A stretch of 64,000 nucleotides of DNA from Bacteroidales bacterium (GCA_023229525.1 JALNZC010000018.1:4242-68241); one strand, 5' to 3'. Numbered from the stretch's first letter, positions 35,805 to 45,327 are shown. The notes: generated by a model not told the origin, from the letters alone. Program-made: numbers and translations.

Positions 35805-36614
35805 ATGAAACAACCTGTGATCTTTTTTTTTCTGGTCATTTCCATGCTTCAGGTGTGTGCTCAGCCAGACAAGACGATTCATGAACTCCCTGAATTGAAA
35901 GCAGTTTTTGAGAAATATAGGATGAGTGGAACCATCATCATCCTTGACCGTGGGAAAAATGAATTGGTTGGATATAAACCGGCGCTCTGGGATAGCAGTT
36001 ATCTTCCGGCATCTACTTTTAAAATTGTCAATACCTTGATCGGCCTCGAAACCGGAGTAATCGATACTGCCTATGTGTTTAAGTGGGATGGTCGCAAACG
36101 TCGAATTTCCGATTGGGATAAAGACCTGACTTTGACGGAGGCCTTCCGGGTGTCCTGTGTGCCATGTTATCAGGAACTGGCACGGAAGATCGGGGTTGAC
36201 CGGATGACCCGTTATCTCCGTGAACTGAATTATGGCCATATGGATGTTCATCCTGAAAATATAGATCTTTTCTGGCTCGAGGGCAATTCCCGGATAACAC
36301 CACGACAGCAGGTGGATTTCTTGAACAAATTATATGATGAAAAATTGCCGCTTTCGTTATCCGTGATGAAATCCGTTAAGGCGATCATGATTAATGAAAA
36401 AACACCGGAATATTCCCTGAGTGGTAAAACCGGCTGGGCCATTCGCAACAACAATAATTATGGCTGGTTTGTAGGTTATTTCGAATCGGCAGGCAAGGTT
36501 TATTTTGTCGCCACACTCATCGAACCGAACGATCAGCAACAGGTTTCCGATTTTGCATTGGCCCGGAAAACAATCACCATGGATGTATTCCGTATACTCG
36601 GATGGATCCGCTGA
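35805..36614 (+). CDS. class D (OXA-type) beta-lactamase
   Basis: 269 aa. Signal peptide, S-T-F-K at residues 70-73 (nt 36012-36023), S-x-V (SCV), YGH in the YGN position, K-T-G (SGKTGWA), and WFVGY. Confidence 0.85.
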   Translation: MKQPVIFFFLVISMLQVCAQPDKTIHELPELKAVFEKYRMSGTIIILDRGKNELVGYKPALWDSSYLPASTFKIVNTLIGLETGVIDTAYVFKWDGRKRRISDWDKDLTLTEAFRVSCVPCYQELARKIGVDRMTRYLRELNYGHMDVHPENIDLFWLEGNSRITPRQQVDFLNKLYDEKLPLSLSVMKSVKAIMINEKTPEYSLSGKTGWAIRNNNNYGWFVGYFESAGKVYFVATLIEPNDQQQVSDFALARKTITMDVFRILGWIR

Positions 36615-36656
36615 TCAAAGTGAATTAAATCGTGACTTTTGGTAATTGACCAGGCT

Positions 36657-37202
36657 ATGGAAAGAATGGGAAGATATGTAGCATTTTTACGTGGGATCAA
36701 TGTCGGCGGGAAGAATCTGATCCTCATGCCCGAGATGCGGGCATTGTTCGGTTCATCAGGATTATCGCATGTGGAAACCTTTATTCAGAGCGGGAATGTA
36801 AAGTTCACCTGGGATGGCACCGACCTTCAGTTGTTGAAGATAAAACTGGAGCGACGGCTCGAAATCCTGCTTGGTCAGCGGGTTGCGGTGATAATGCGGA
36901 GTTTGGAAGAATTGCAGGATGCCGTACGAAACGATCCATTCATGTCGGTGTCGACAAACCTACCGGTGAAGTATTATGTTTGTTTCCTCGAAAAAATACC
37001 GGAGCATCTGCCGGAACTTCCCCTGCGTAATGAAAAGGAAGGTCTGGAGGTGATCATGATCCGTGGTGCAAACGTTTACATTGTAAGCCATGAAGTAAAG
37101 GGAAGATATGGGTTCCCGAACAACTTCATCGAAAAAGAGCTTGGTTTGTTATCCACCGCCAGGAACTGGAACACGGTTCAGAAAATTACAGGGATTCACT
37201 GA
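36657..37202 (+). CDS. DUF1697 domain protein
   Basis: The N-terminal YVAFLRGINVGGKN is the hallmark I associate with DUF1697. Confidence 0.75.
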   Translation: MERMGRYVAFLRGINVGGKNLILMPEMRALFGSSGLSHVETFIQSGNVKFTWDGTDLQLLKIKLERRLEILLGQRVAVIMRSLEELQDAVRNDPFMSVSTNLPVKYYVCFLEKIPEHLPELPLRNEKEGLEVIMIRGANVYIVSHEVKGRYGFPNNFIEKELGLLSTARNWNTVQKITGIH

Positions 37203-37341
37203 TACCCCAGGCCGGTGAATAAATGCTCAAAACAACAAGGCAAGCACTCGATCCGGATTCTGCACTATAGGTGCAGGGAATTTATCCGAAGAACTCAACC
37301 CCAACCTCAAGGAGAAGGGGTGAAAGGATGAGTTGGTTAAC
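37203..37341 (+). repeat. dispersed element copy R4 (diverged)
   Basis: ccccaggcc...gcagggaatttatccgaagaactcaaccccaacctcaaggagaaggggtgaaaggatgagttggttaac. It starts the nucleotide after the DUF1697 stop. Confidence 0.7.
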
Positions 37342-37546
37342 ATTTATGGTTCTGATCCCGGTTAATCTCCTGAAAAACTCTGGAAATTAGCGCCTTCAAC
37401 TCTTCAATATCCCCGAGAATCAAACCATTTCCCGTCTTTTCAAATTCCTTTTCTTTAATCTGTCGGGCTTCGATGAGCGAATAATATAATAACGCGGCTT
37501 CGGTTTCGTTGACTTCCAACCTGATCAATTTCTGCGTCATAGCCAC
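37337..37546 (-). CDS. hypothetical small protein (69 aa)
   Basis: Only an ORF with plausible helical composition. Its 3' end lies within repeat R4. No motif recognised. Confidence 0.3.
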   Translation of the reverse strand: MAMTQKLIRLEVNETEAALLYYSLIEARQIKEKEFEKTGNGLILGDIEELKALISRVFQEINRDQNHKC

Positions 37547-37859
37547 TGAAATTTATCGATCCAAAATTATAAAAAATACTCTATTTTGTTACGACCCGTA
37601 TATGCAGTTTCTCTTCCGTTTGTTATACAGTAAAATTCATTTATTTATCTTTCCTCTGGTAAATTTGGTGAATTTTTATGTGGTGCGTGTTTGAATCGGG
37701 ATTATTATGTAAGTTTGTATTACACAGGGACGGAACGGTTTAGAAATGAACCTTTCTGATCACGTGGGTATTATTGCTTTTGAAAGAAAAATACTTCGTT
37801 TATTTCAAGATGCGGTTTAAGTGAGCAAACATAGGTAAATAACCAGCTACAACTGACCC

Positions 37860-38279
37860 ATGTACATTTCAAAAAAAGAGATTCAGGTATCTTATGCCGA
37901 CACGGATATGATGGGAATAATCTACCACGCCAATTATTTAAAATGGTTCGAACTGGGGAGAACACAACTTATCGAGGATGTTGGATACAGTTACGCAGAG
38001 ATGGAGAAATCAGGATATTGTGCTCCAGTTTTGAAAATTGAAATCACCTACAAGAAACCAATCCGCTATGGTGAACGTGTTATGGTAGAAACCTGGATCG
38101 AAGAAAACCACGGATTAAAAACCACGTATGGTTACCATGTGGTTAATGGAGAAGGCGATCTCTGTGCATTCGGAACAACCCGGCATGCTGTGGTGAGAAA
38201 AGATAATTTCAAACCCGTTCAATTCATGAAGTATTTTCCCGGTTGGTTTCAGAAATATGAAGAAATTAAGAAAAAATGA
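37860..38279 (+). CDS. acyl-CoA thioesterase, 4HBT/YbgC (hotdog) family
   Basis: 139 aa with VSYADTDMMGIIYHANYLKWFE, including the catalytic Asp context. Confidence 0.85.
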   Translation: MYISKKEIQVSYADTDMMGIIYHANYLKWFELGRTQLIEDVGYSYAEMEKSGYCAPVLKIEITYKKPIRYGERVMVETWIEENHGLKTTYGYHVVNGEGDLCAFGTTRHAVVRKDNFKPVQFMKYFPGWFQKYEEIKKK

Positions 38280-38305
38280 CTGATGCATAACCGAAAAACT
38301 TTATC

Positions 38306-39058
38306 ATGCAAAACGAATACCCTCAGACATTCGCCCGATTCTATGATTTGATTTATCATCAGGTAAGAAATAATGTTGACCATGACTTTTTTATTGACGA
38401 GATCACCCGGACTAAAGGCAAAGTTCTGGAGATCGGGGTCGGTACCGGACGGTTTTTTACTGAGGCCCTGAATCGGGGAGCGGATATTTATGGTTTGGAT
38501 ATCAGTCCATTCATGATACAGGTTTTATTAAGCAAGCTTTCTCCGGTTCATCAACCGCGGATCACTTTACAAAACATCGTCGACTTCCACTATGATTTTC
38601 AGTTCGACCTGATAGTGGCGCCTTTCCGGGTTTTTATGCATATACTTGATAAAGCATCACAAATCAAAGCGCTGAATAATGTTTTCAGACACTTGAACAC
38701 GGGAGGAAAATTCATCATTGACCTTTTTATCCCCGATTTAAAACAATTGATCCAGGGATTGGATCATCAAACTGATTTTGAAGGGGAATACGAAGCCGGA
38801 AAGAAAGTGAGACGGATCGTATCGACCAGACCCGATCTGATCAAACAGCTGATCAACGTCACGTTTCGGATCGAATGGGATGAAGCCAATACCGTTCGGT
38901 GCGAAGATTGGGAAATTCCAATGCGGTTTTTCTTCCGTTATGAACTGGAACATCTTATCGAACGGTCGGATTTTAAAGATTACCGGATCATGGGTGATTA
39001 TTCAGGGAACGAATTGAATGAGAAGTCTAAAGAATTCATTGTGATCTGTAAGAGATAA
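38306..39058 (+). CDS. class I SAM-dependent methyltransferase
   Basis: 250 aa with motif I VLEIGVGTGRF. Confidence 0.8.
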   Translation: MQNEYPQTFARFYDLIYHQVRNNVDHDFFIDEITRTKGKVLEIGVGTGRFFTEALNRGADIYGLDISPFMIQVLLSKLSPVHQPRITLQNIVDFHYDFQFDLIVAPFRVFMHILDKASQIKALNNVFRHLNTGGKFIIDLFIPDLKQLIQGLDHQTDFEGEYEAGKKVRRIVSTRPDLIKQLINVTFRIEWDEANTVRCEDWEIPMRFFFRYELEHLIERSDFKDYRIMGDYSGNELNEKSKEFIVICKR

Positions 39059-39068
39059 TTTCAATGTG

Positions 39069-40250
39069 ATGGACATTGATAATACCAAAAAAAGACGTTT
39101 GAAAATCCTCATGGTGATCGATTGTTATGATGATAGCAAGAATGGGGCTACAATTTCGACCCGGCGATTCACTGACCTGCTACGCGCCGATTATGATGTT
39201 TCGATCCTGACTACCGGCGAGGCAGCACCCGGAAAGATCCTTCTGCCCAGGTTTTATGCACCGGGCGTGAAGCGCATCATGAAAAAAATGCAGGCTCCTT
39301 TAGCGGTTCCTTCACGACGGGTATTAAGGAAAGCCATGAAGGATACCGACATCGTACATATCCAATTCCCATTCCTTCTTGGTATTGAATCCGTGCGGAT
39401 GGCCCGGAAACTGAAGATTCCTGTTGTCGCCACCTTTCATATACAGGCGGAACACCTGGCCATGAACGCCGGTATCCATTCATCAGCATTTATCCGTTAT
39501 TGCTATAAGATCTGGATGAAGACCATTTACAACCGGGCCAATATGGTTATCTGTCCGAGCCGGTTTGCCGAGGATGAACTGAAGCGCTACGGGTTGAAAT
39601 CACCAACAACCATCATATCCAATGGAATTTTACCAGTATTTCACCCGGTTACGGTTGACCGGCCGGAAACCATGAAAGGTAAATTCATCATACTTTCAGT
39701 GGGAAGACTGGCGCCGGAAAAACGTCACGATATCATCATCAGAGCTATAAAGGAGTCAAAATACCGAGACCGTATCAGCCTGTTCCTCATCGGCGATGGC
39801 CCGGTAAAAGAGAAACTTCAACACCTCGGAGCGGAACTTCCCATTCCTCCCATTTTCCTTTTCTTAACCCCCGATGAACTGGTATATTATTACAACCTGG
39901 CCGACTTGTATGTCCATGCTGCAACCATCGAAGTGGAATGCATGACGGTACTGGAAGCCATGGGTTGCGGGCTTCCCGTACTAATCGCCAAGAGTACAAA
40001 AAGCGCTACCGGACAATTTGCACTGGATGACCGGTTCCTTTATACCAGCGATGACATTGCCGCATTGACTGCCCGGATCGATTACTGGATAGAACATCCG
40101 GACGAACTCCAAAATTCAAAAAGTCTATACCTTCAAAAATCTACACATTACCGAATTGAACAGTCTCTGGAAAAGATGTCATCCCTTTACCTTAACCTGA
40201 CCCGTCAAAATAAGGACCAGTCTCGGGTCACACCGTCAACCCGGGAATGA
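39069..40250 (+). CDS. glycosyltransferase family 4 (GT-B fold)
   Basis: An N-terminal GT4 domain and a C-terminal E-x7-E region (EVECMTVLEAMGCGLPVL). Confidence 0.85.
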   Translation: MDIDNTKKRRLKILMVIDCYDDSKNGATISTRRFTDLLRADYDVSILTTGEAAPGKILLPRFYAPGVKRIMKKMQAPLAVPSRRVLRKAMKDTDIVHIQFPFLLGIESVRMARKLKIPVVATFHIQAEHLAMNAGIHSSAFIRYCYKIWMKTIYNRANMVICPSRFAEDELKRYGLKSPTTIISNGILPVFHPVTVDRPETMKGKFIILSVGRLAPEKRHDIIIRAIKESKYRDRISLFLIGDGPVKEKLQHLGAELPIPPIFLFLTPDELVYYYNLADLYVHAATIEVECMTVLEAMGCGLPVLIAKSTKSATGQFALDDRFLYTSDDIAALTARIDYWIEHPDELQNSKSLYLQKSTHYRIEQSLEKMSSLYLNLTRQNKDQSRVTPSTRE

Positions 40251-40339
40251 TACCAATACTTTCCAAACATTCCGGAGATTTTTCATCGAGTTTTTGGCCT
40301 CGTTCATCACAATATTTGCGAGCAACGGGATTTCATCTC

Positions 40340-40347
40340 TAAATTTG
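40340..40347 (+). promoter_or_regulatory. candidate -7 promoter box (TAnnTTTG)
   Basis: taaatttg lies 36 nt upstream of the ATG at 40383. Motif match only. Confidence 0.35.
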
Positions 40348-40382
40348 ATCTTAATTTATTAACAAATCAACTATATCATCCC

Positions 40383-42452
40383 ATGAAAAAGTTTTCCTTA
40401 GTCCTGATGTGTTGTCTGCCTATGGCCGGATTTACCCAACAACGTTTCTATCCACCCATTACACCGAAAATACCGGTGGTGGATACATTACACGGTATGC
40501 TACTCACCGATAATTACCGGTGGCTCGAAGATAAGACCGATCCAGCTGTGATCGCATGGACCAAAACACAGCATGAAAGCGCCGTGGCTTACATGAAAGC
40601 CACTCAAAAAGAGCATCCCGGACTGCGTAATGAAATCACTGCTTACATCGACATGGACTACGAAGGTCCACTTGACAAACAGGGTAAACGTGTCTTTCAG
40701 AATATCCGCAAAAAAGGTGACAAACAAATCTCCCTATATACCATCATCGATGGAAAGAAAATCCTGATCTGGGATCCGGTGAAACTCGACACCACCGGGA
40801 AAACCTCGACTAGCGGGGTCAATTATACCTACGACGGGGAACGGGCAGCCGTGAGCGTGCAAAAGAGCGGGGCCGAGATCTCCACCACATACATCATCGA
40901 GACCCAGACAGGAAAAATCCTTTACCCGCCCCTTGAAAATACCTTCGGTTACCAATGGACCAAAGATCAGCAACACGCTTACTTCACCCTCCGCAGCCAG
41001 GACGATGTCAATACCCAGCGACCGCTTAAAACATATTACTGGAAGGTGGGTGATACCTTGTCCAATTCACGGTTCATCGGTACTACCGATGACGCCAAAA
41101 ATTCCTGGTTCATCTACGATAATCGTTACAGCGATGTTACTTTTTCAGGACGGGGGGATTTTAATTCGAACAATTGTTACATCCGGTCAACCGGTTCGAT
41201 GGAAGAGGGAAAACTGATCTATGAAAGCAAGAAATTCCAGGCCTATCCGTTTGCAATCGGCAACAAACTTTATATCCTAACCAACGATAATGCACCCCGT
41301 TACCGGTTCATGGTTGCCGATAAGGATAAACCCGAATACAAGGACTGGAAGGAACTGGTCCCGGAAGGAGAAACCGTTTTGCAGAACGTAGAAGTGCTGA
41401 AAGACGGGCGTCTGATCGTACAAGACAAGAAAGATATTCAGAGCCGATTGACGCTATATGATTCGAGTGGAAAAATGATTGGGCCGATTGAACTGCCGGA
41501 GATTGGCAATGTGAGCGGCTTCAATTTCGATCGTGAAGAAGATTCGGTGTACATCTATATGTCGACCTTTACTTCACCCGGAAAGATGTTCGTCGCTTCT
41601 CCCCGTGATTTTAAATGGAGACTCTATTATTACCGGGAACTTCCGATAGATATGTCGAACATCACCGGGGAAATCAGATTTTATTATTCCAAAGACAGTA
41701 CCCGGATTCCTGTGATCATTGTTCACCGGAAAGACATGAAACTGGATGGAAACAACCCGGTATTACTGACGGCATATGGTGGATTCAACATCGGGATTAC
41801 ACCGTCATATTATGGCAGTTATGCCGCATTCATCAACCGGGGCGGGGTGGTCGTGGAGCCTGGCATCCGTGGAGGCGACGAATATGGAGAAAAATGGCAC
41901 GAAGCCGGAATGCTCCTGAACAAGCAGAACTGTTTCGACGATTTCAATACCTGTGCCGAATGGCTTATCCGTGAAAAATATACTACCCCGTCCAGGCTGG
42001 CTGCTGAAGGCGGAAGTAACGGCGGTTTGCTAATGGGCGCCGCTGCCACCCAGCGTCCCGACTTGTACAAGGCGATCCTTTGTGCCGTTCCGCTCATCGA
42101 TATGGTACGCTTCCACAAATTCCTGATCGCCCGTTACTGGATCCCTGAATATGGTTCCAGTGAAAATGAAAAGGATTTCAGAAACCTGTTGAGATACTCA
42201 CCCTATCACAATATCCGGATGGGAATAAACACACCAACCATGCTGATCCGTACAGGGGCCAACGACAGTCGTGTGGATCCCCTCCATGCCAAAAAATTTG
42301 CAGCAGCATTACAAAATAATCCCGGACAGATCAAACCGATACTTTTATTCATCGATTATAACGTTGGTCATGGTTCCGGTCAGGAAACCAAACAACGTAT
42401 TGATAATACAGTGGTCAATTACGAATTTGTGATGAACCAGTTGGGAATGTAG
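40383..42452 (+). CDS. prolyl oligopeptidase (S9A family serine peptidase), secreted/periplasmic
   Basis: 689 aa. N-terminal YRWLED, catalytic Ser in GGSNGGLL, Asp in GANDSRVDP, and His in VGHGSG. Confidence 0.92.
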   Translation: MKKFSLVLMCCLPMAGFTQQRFYPPITPKIPVVDTLHGMLLTDNYRWLEDKTDPAVIAWTKTQHESAVAYMKATQKEHPGLRNEITAYIDMDYEGPLDKQGKRVFQNIRKKGDKQISLYTIIDGKKILIWDPVKLDTTGKTSTSGVNYTYDGERAAVSVQKSGAEISTTYIIETQTGKILYPPLENTFGYQWTKDQQHAYFTLRSQDDVNTQRPLKTYYWKVGDTLSNSRFIGTTDDAKNSWFIYDNRYSDVTFSGRGDFNSNNCYIRSTGSMEEGKLIYESKKFQAYPFAIGNKLYILTNDNAPRYRFMVADKDKPEYKDWKELVPEGETVLQNVEVLKDGRLIVQDKKDIQSRLTLYDSSGKMIGPIELPEIGNVSGFNFDREEDSVYIYMSTFTSPGKMFVASPRDFKWRLYYYRELPIDMSNITGEIRFYYSKDSTRIPVIIVHRKDMKLDGNNPVLLTAYGGFNIGITPSYYGSYAAFINRGGVVVEPGIRGGDEYGEKWHEAGMLLNKQNCFDDFNTCAEWLIREKYTTPSRLAAEGGSNGGLLMGAAATQRPDLYKAILCAVPLIDMVRFHKFLIARYWIPEYGSSENEKDFRNLLRYSPYHNIRMGINTPTMLIRTGANDSRVDPLHAKKFAAALQNNPGQIKPILLFIDYNVGHGSGQETKQRIDNTVVNYEFVMNQLGM

Positions 42453-42620
42453 GCTCGCTACGCTCGCGATGAGCTCGCTTTGCTCGCTGATGCTGGATGC
42501 AGGATGCAGGATACAAGATGCAGGATACAAGATGCAGGATGCAAGATGCAGGATACAAGATGCAGGATGCAGGATACAAGATGCAGGATACAAGATACAA
42601 GATTCTGGATACTGAATACT
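42453..42620 (+). repeat. family A heptamer array (gcaggat / acaagat variants, ~17 units) preceded by a GCTCGCTACGCTCGCGATG-type leader module
   Basis: Begins the nucleotide after the peptidase stop (42452). The acaagat variant unit is shared only with the inverted array at 45328-45434. Confidence 0.9.
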
Positions 42621-42660
42621 CCCCTCTCCTTAAGGAGAGGGGTCAGGGGGTGAGGTGCCA
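42621..42660 (+). repeat. partial dispersed-element copy R5 with a perfect 22-nt palindrome
   Basis: cccctctccttaaggagagggg (42621-42642) followed by tcagggggtgaggtgcc. This corresponds to the right end of R1/R2. Confidence 0.7.
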
Positions 42661-42735
42661 GAATTATCCTGGATGATTTTTCAATCGAAAATTCCAAATT
42701 GTTTGTAACTTTACAGTTGCTAAAATCAATTTGTC

Positions 42736-42840
42736 ATGGGAAAAGAAAAAACAGTTAAAAAAGAGAATAAAAAGGAGCCAACCAAGAGCTTAAAGGAAAA
42801 ACGCGCAGCAAAAAAAGAAAAGAAAGCGGCAAAAAGATAA
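42736..42840 (+). CDS. possible 34-aa lysine-rich small protein
   Basis: Hand-translated: MGKEKTVKKENKKEPTKSLKEKRAAKKEKKAAKR, then stop. It is below the ORF-track cutoff, and the A-rich sequence could be open by chance. Confidence 0.3.
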   Translation: MGKEKTVKKENKKEPTKSLKEKRAAKKEKKAAKR

Positions 42841-42851
42841 GGATTCCGGCG

Positions 42852-45056
42852 CTACAGCAGGATCAATCCATTTTCACGCAAGGTCTGCATTGACCTTTCT
42901 TTCATGAAGCGTTCAAAATCACCCGGAACATGCCGGGCAAATTCTTGCTTTAAGTTTTCATAGGTGAAGGTTTTTCTGTTTCTGACCCCCAACAAAGGGA
43001 GTTGGTCGTTTAACCATTCTCCCTGGGCTTCAGAAAGTGATATTTTCACCTCCCTCTTCCGGTTTTGGACGATGAGTATCGCCGAAGGAAATACTTTTCC
43101 TTTTTTCTTCCGTTTATAATATTTTACAGAACACGATCCACCTAACCAGATCACACGGGTTGAAGGATTGATGTTTTTCATCTCTTCTGCTTCAGGCAGA
43201 TTTCCGATAAAATCTGGTGCAACGGTAGTGTGCGGCACGTGAAAATCGAACCATTCCTGCAACGGAAAGTCAAAGCAAATGCCGTGCATATAGTTGAACA
43301 ATGCCTTCCGTAGCCCATCCCCGAAAAATTCATGATCATATCCGTCCGGGTCGGTATGTCGCAGATCGTTGTTGGCGAAAGGTGCGGTTTCACGGGTTTC
43401 ACGGATAACTCCGAATTGTTCCGGGTTCATTCCAACTTGGCTGTGAGTTGTCAACGCGAATAGATGCCAGTACCCCGACTGTATAAAACCGTGCATAAAC
43501 AATTGCCTCACAAACTCAAGTGAATCCATGGTTTCCTGGGCTGTCTGAGTCGGGAACCCATACATCAGGTAAGCATGGACCAGTATCCCGGCCCGGGCGA
43601 AATTATGGGTTACCTGCGCAGCCTGTGACACACTCACTCCTTTGTCGATAAGCTTCAGAATACGGTTGGAAGCAACTTCCAGTCCTCCCGAAACCGCGAT
43701 GCAACCGGAAGTCTTCAGCAAAAGACAAAGGTCGCGTGTGAAGTTTTTTTCAAACCGGATGTTGGTCCACCAGCAGACATTCAGGTTCCGCTGTAAAATC
43801 TCCAGCGCCAGTTCGCGCAGAAGAGCCGGAGGAGCCGCTTCATCCACGAAATGAAAGCCGTTCTGCCCGGTCTGTGCCATAATCGCCTCCATCCTGTCAC
43901 AGATTTGCCCGGGTTTGTTTGGAACATACCGGTTGATATAATCGAGGGTGGTATCACAGAAAGTACATTTGGCCCAATAACAGCCATGGGCAAGCTGAAG
44001 TCTGTTCCAACGACCGTCGCTCCAGAGACGGTGCATCGGATTGGTCATTTCAATTACCGGGAGGTAGCGGTCCAATTGCAGATCGCTGTAGTCGGGCGTT
44101 CCGGCCTCACCGGGCAGGCAATCGGGCATGGTGGAACCGTCATGGAAAACCACTCCGCTCTTCTCCTTTGAAAAAGTCCGCTTCAGTTTCTGCCGGGTTC
44201 GTTTCCCTGCAAGGTGTTCCAGAAGATTCAACAAGGGGACTTCTCCATCATCCAAAATGATGAAATCGACCATATCGAATATACGGGGATCGGTGAGCGA
44301 CCGGAGTTCGGTGCTAGCATAACCGCCACCCAGAACCACCGAAACTTCCGGGAAATGATTTTTGATCCACTGTCCGCATTTGAGCGCACAATAAAGGTTT
44401 CCGGGAAAAGGTACGGTGAGCGCCACCAATCCTGGCCGGTATCGTTCCATCTTCTCCTGCAATAATTCCAGCAATATGTTATCGATAAAACCGTCAGGGT
44501 TGTGAAGTTTGGTTTCCATTTCATCGAAGGTAGCCGGAGAACGTGCCAGCCGTTCGGCATAGCGGCTGAAACCAAATTCCGGGTCGATTACCCTCGTGAT
44601 CAGGTCGGAAATATCTTCCAGGTAAAGCGTTGCCAGGTGCCGGGCCTTATCGCGGATTCCCAATTCGCCGAAAGCAACATCCATATCTGCGGTTTGAGCG
44701 AAACGCGATGCTTCCGGGAGCCATTCCCTTCCGCAGATCAGATGAGCTATGGAGGTATCTTTGTCGTGCAGGAATGCAATCACACTTCCGATCGTGGAGA
44801 TATATTCCCGTTGCAAGGAAACAATACGTCTGAAATTATCAGTTAATCCGGGGTTTTCCCGATCAATCCCGGCAAACAAACGGATCAGTCCTTTCGCGGA
44901 AAAAATTGTCAGTATTACTTCAAGGCCCAGGTCAACCTGGTGTGAAACGATGCCTTGGGTATTCAGGTATCCTTTCAGAAAGGCTGTGGCCGGATAAGGG
45001 GTGTTGAGTTGGGTAAATGGCGGGGTGATGAAAAGTACCTGCCGGGAATTAATCAT
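42852..45056 (-). CDS. B12-binding-domain radical SAM protein (734 aa)
   Basis: N-terminal cobalamin-binding-like region (VVLGGGYAS), a radical SAM cysteine cluster in LAHGCYWAKCTFCD, and a long C-terminal extension. Confidence 0.8.
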   Translation of the reverse strand: MINSRQVLFITPPFTQLNTPYPATAFLKGYLNTQGIVSHQVDLGLEVILTIFSAKGLIRLFAGIDRENPGLTDNFRRIVSLQREYISTIGSVIAFLHDKDTSIAHLICGREWLPEASRFAQTADMDVAFGELGIRDKARHLATLYLEDISDLITRVIDPEFGFSRYAERLARSPATFDEMETKLHNPDGFIDNILLELLQEKMERYRPGLVALTVPFPGNLYCALKCGQWIKNHFPEVSVVLGGGYASTELRSLTDPRIFDMVDFIILDDGEVPLLNLLEHLAGKRTRQKLKRTFSKEKSGVVFHDGSTMPDCLPGEAGTPDYSDLQLDRYLPVIEMTNPMHRLWSDGRWNRLQLAHGCYWAKCTFCDTTLDYINRYVPNKPGQICDRMEAIMAQTGQNGFHFVDEAAPPALLRELALEILQRNLNVCWWTNIRFEKNFTRDLCLLLKTSGCIAVSGGLEVASNRILKLIDKGVSVSQAAQVTHNFARAGILVHAYLMYGFPTQTAQETMDSLEFVRQLFMHGFIQSGYWHLFALTTHSQVGMNPEQFGVIRETRETAPFANNDLRHTDPDGYDHEFFGDGLRKALFNYMHGICFDFPLQEWFDFHVPHTTVAPDFIGNLPEAEEMKNINPSTRVIWLGGSCSVKYYKRKKKGKVFPSAILIVQNRKREVKISLSEAQGEWLNDQLPLLGVRNRKTFTYENLKQEFARHVPGDFERFMKERSMQTLRENGLILL

Positions 45057-45221
45057 CGTTCAGGTTATTTTATTTTCAAACTTACATAATAATCACGATT
45101 CATACACGCACCGCATAAAAATCCATCAGTTTTATAGAGGAAAGATACACGAACTCCTGGAATTAGATAGGAGATGGGAGATAGGAGTTAAACTTTCGCA
45201 ATTGCGGGTCGGGTGTCGGTT

Positions 45222-45305
45222 AAAGATCACATCGCGGCTGCGTCTCGAGCCGCACAGCCATACCGCACAACCGAAGCTCTCGCCAAGGCCGCTTATGTGA
45301 TCTTT
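45222..45305. other. GC-rich 84-nt element closed by an 11-bp inverted repeat (aaagatcacat / atgtgatcttt); candidate structured RNA or repeat relic
   Basis: The arms are at 45222-45232 and 45295-45305. There is an inner hairpin gcggct-gcgtctcg-agccgc and a nearby 10-nt palindrome cgcaattgcg (45197-45206). Confidence 0.4.
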
Positions 45306-45327
45306 CAACCTCCGTAAAATATTTTAT

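Noticed and set aside
35646-36251. 201-aa ORF on the minus strand overlapping the beta-lactamase gene.
   Set aside because: It is an antisense shadow of a CDS that has complete class D motifs. It has no motifs of its own.
35805-37341. The beta-lactamase as part of a mobile element or integron cassette.
   Set aside because: No integrase, transposase, attC-like site or flanking inverted repeats are recognisable. The adjacent dispersed repeat R4 is a genome-wide-type element, not specific evidence of mobility.
45001-45300. 99-aa ORF (+) covering the radical SAM-pdxB spacer.
   Set aside because: It begins inside the radical SAM gene on the opposite strand and runs through repeat and hairpin sequence. 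It has arginine/leucine-rich junk composition.
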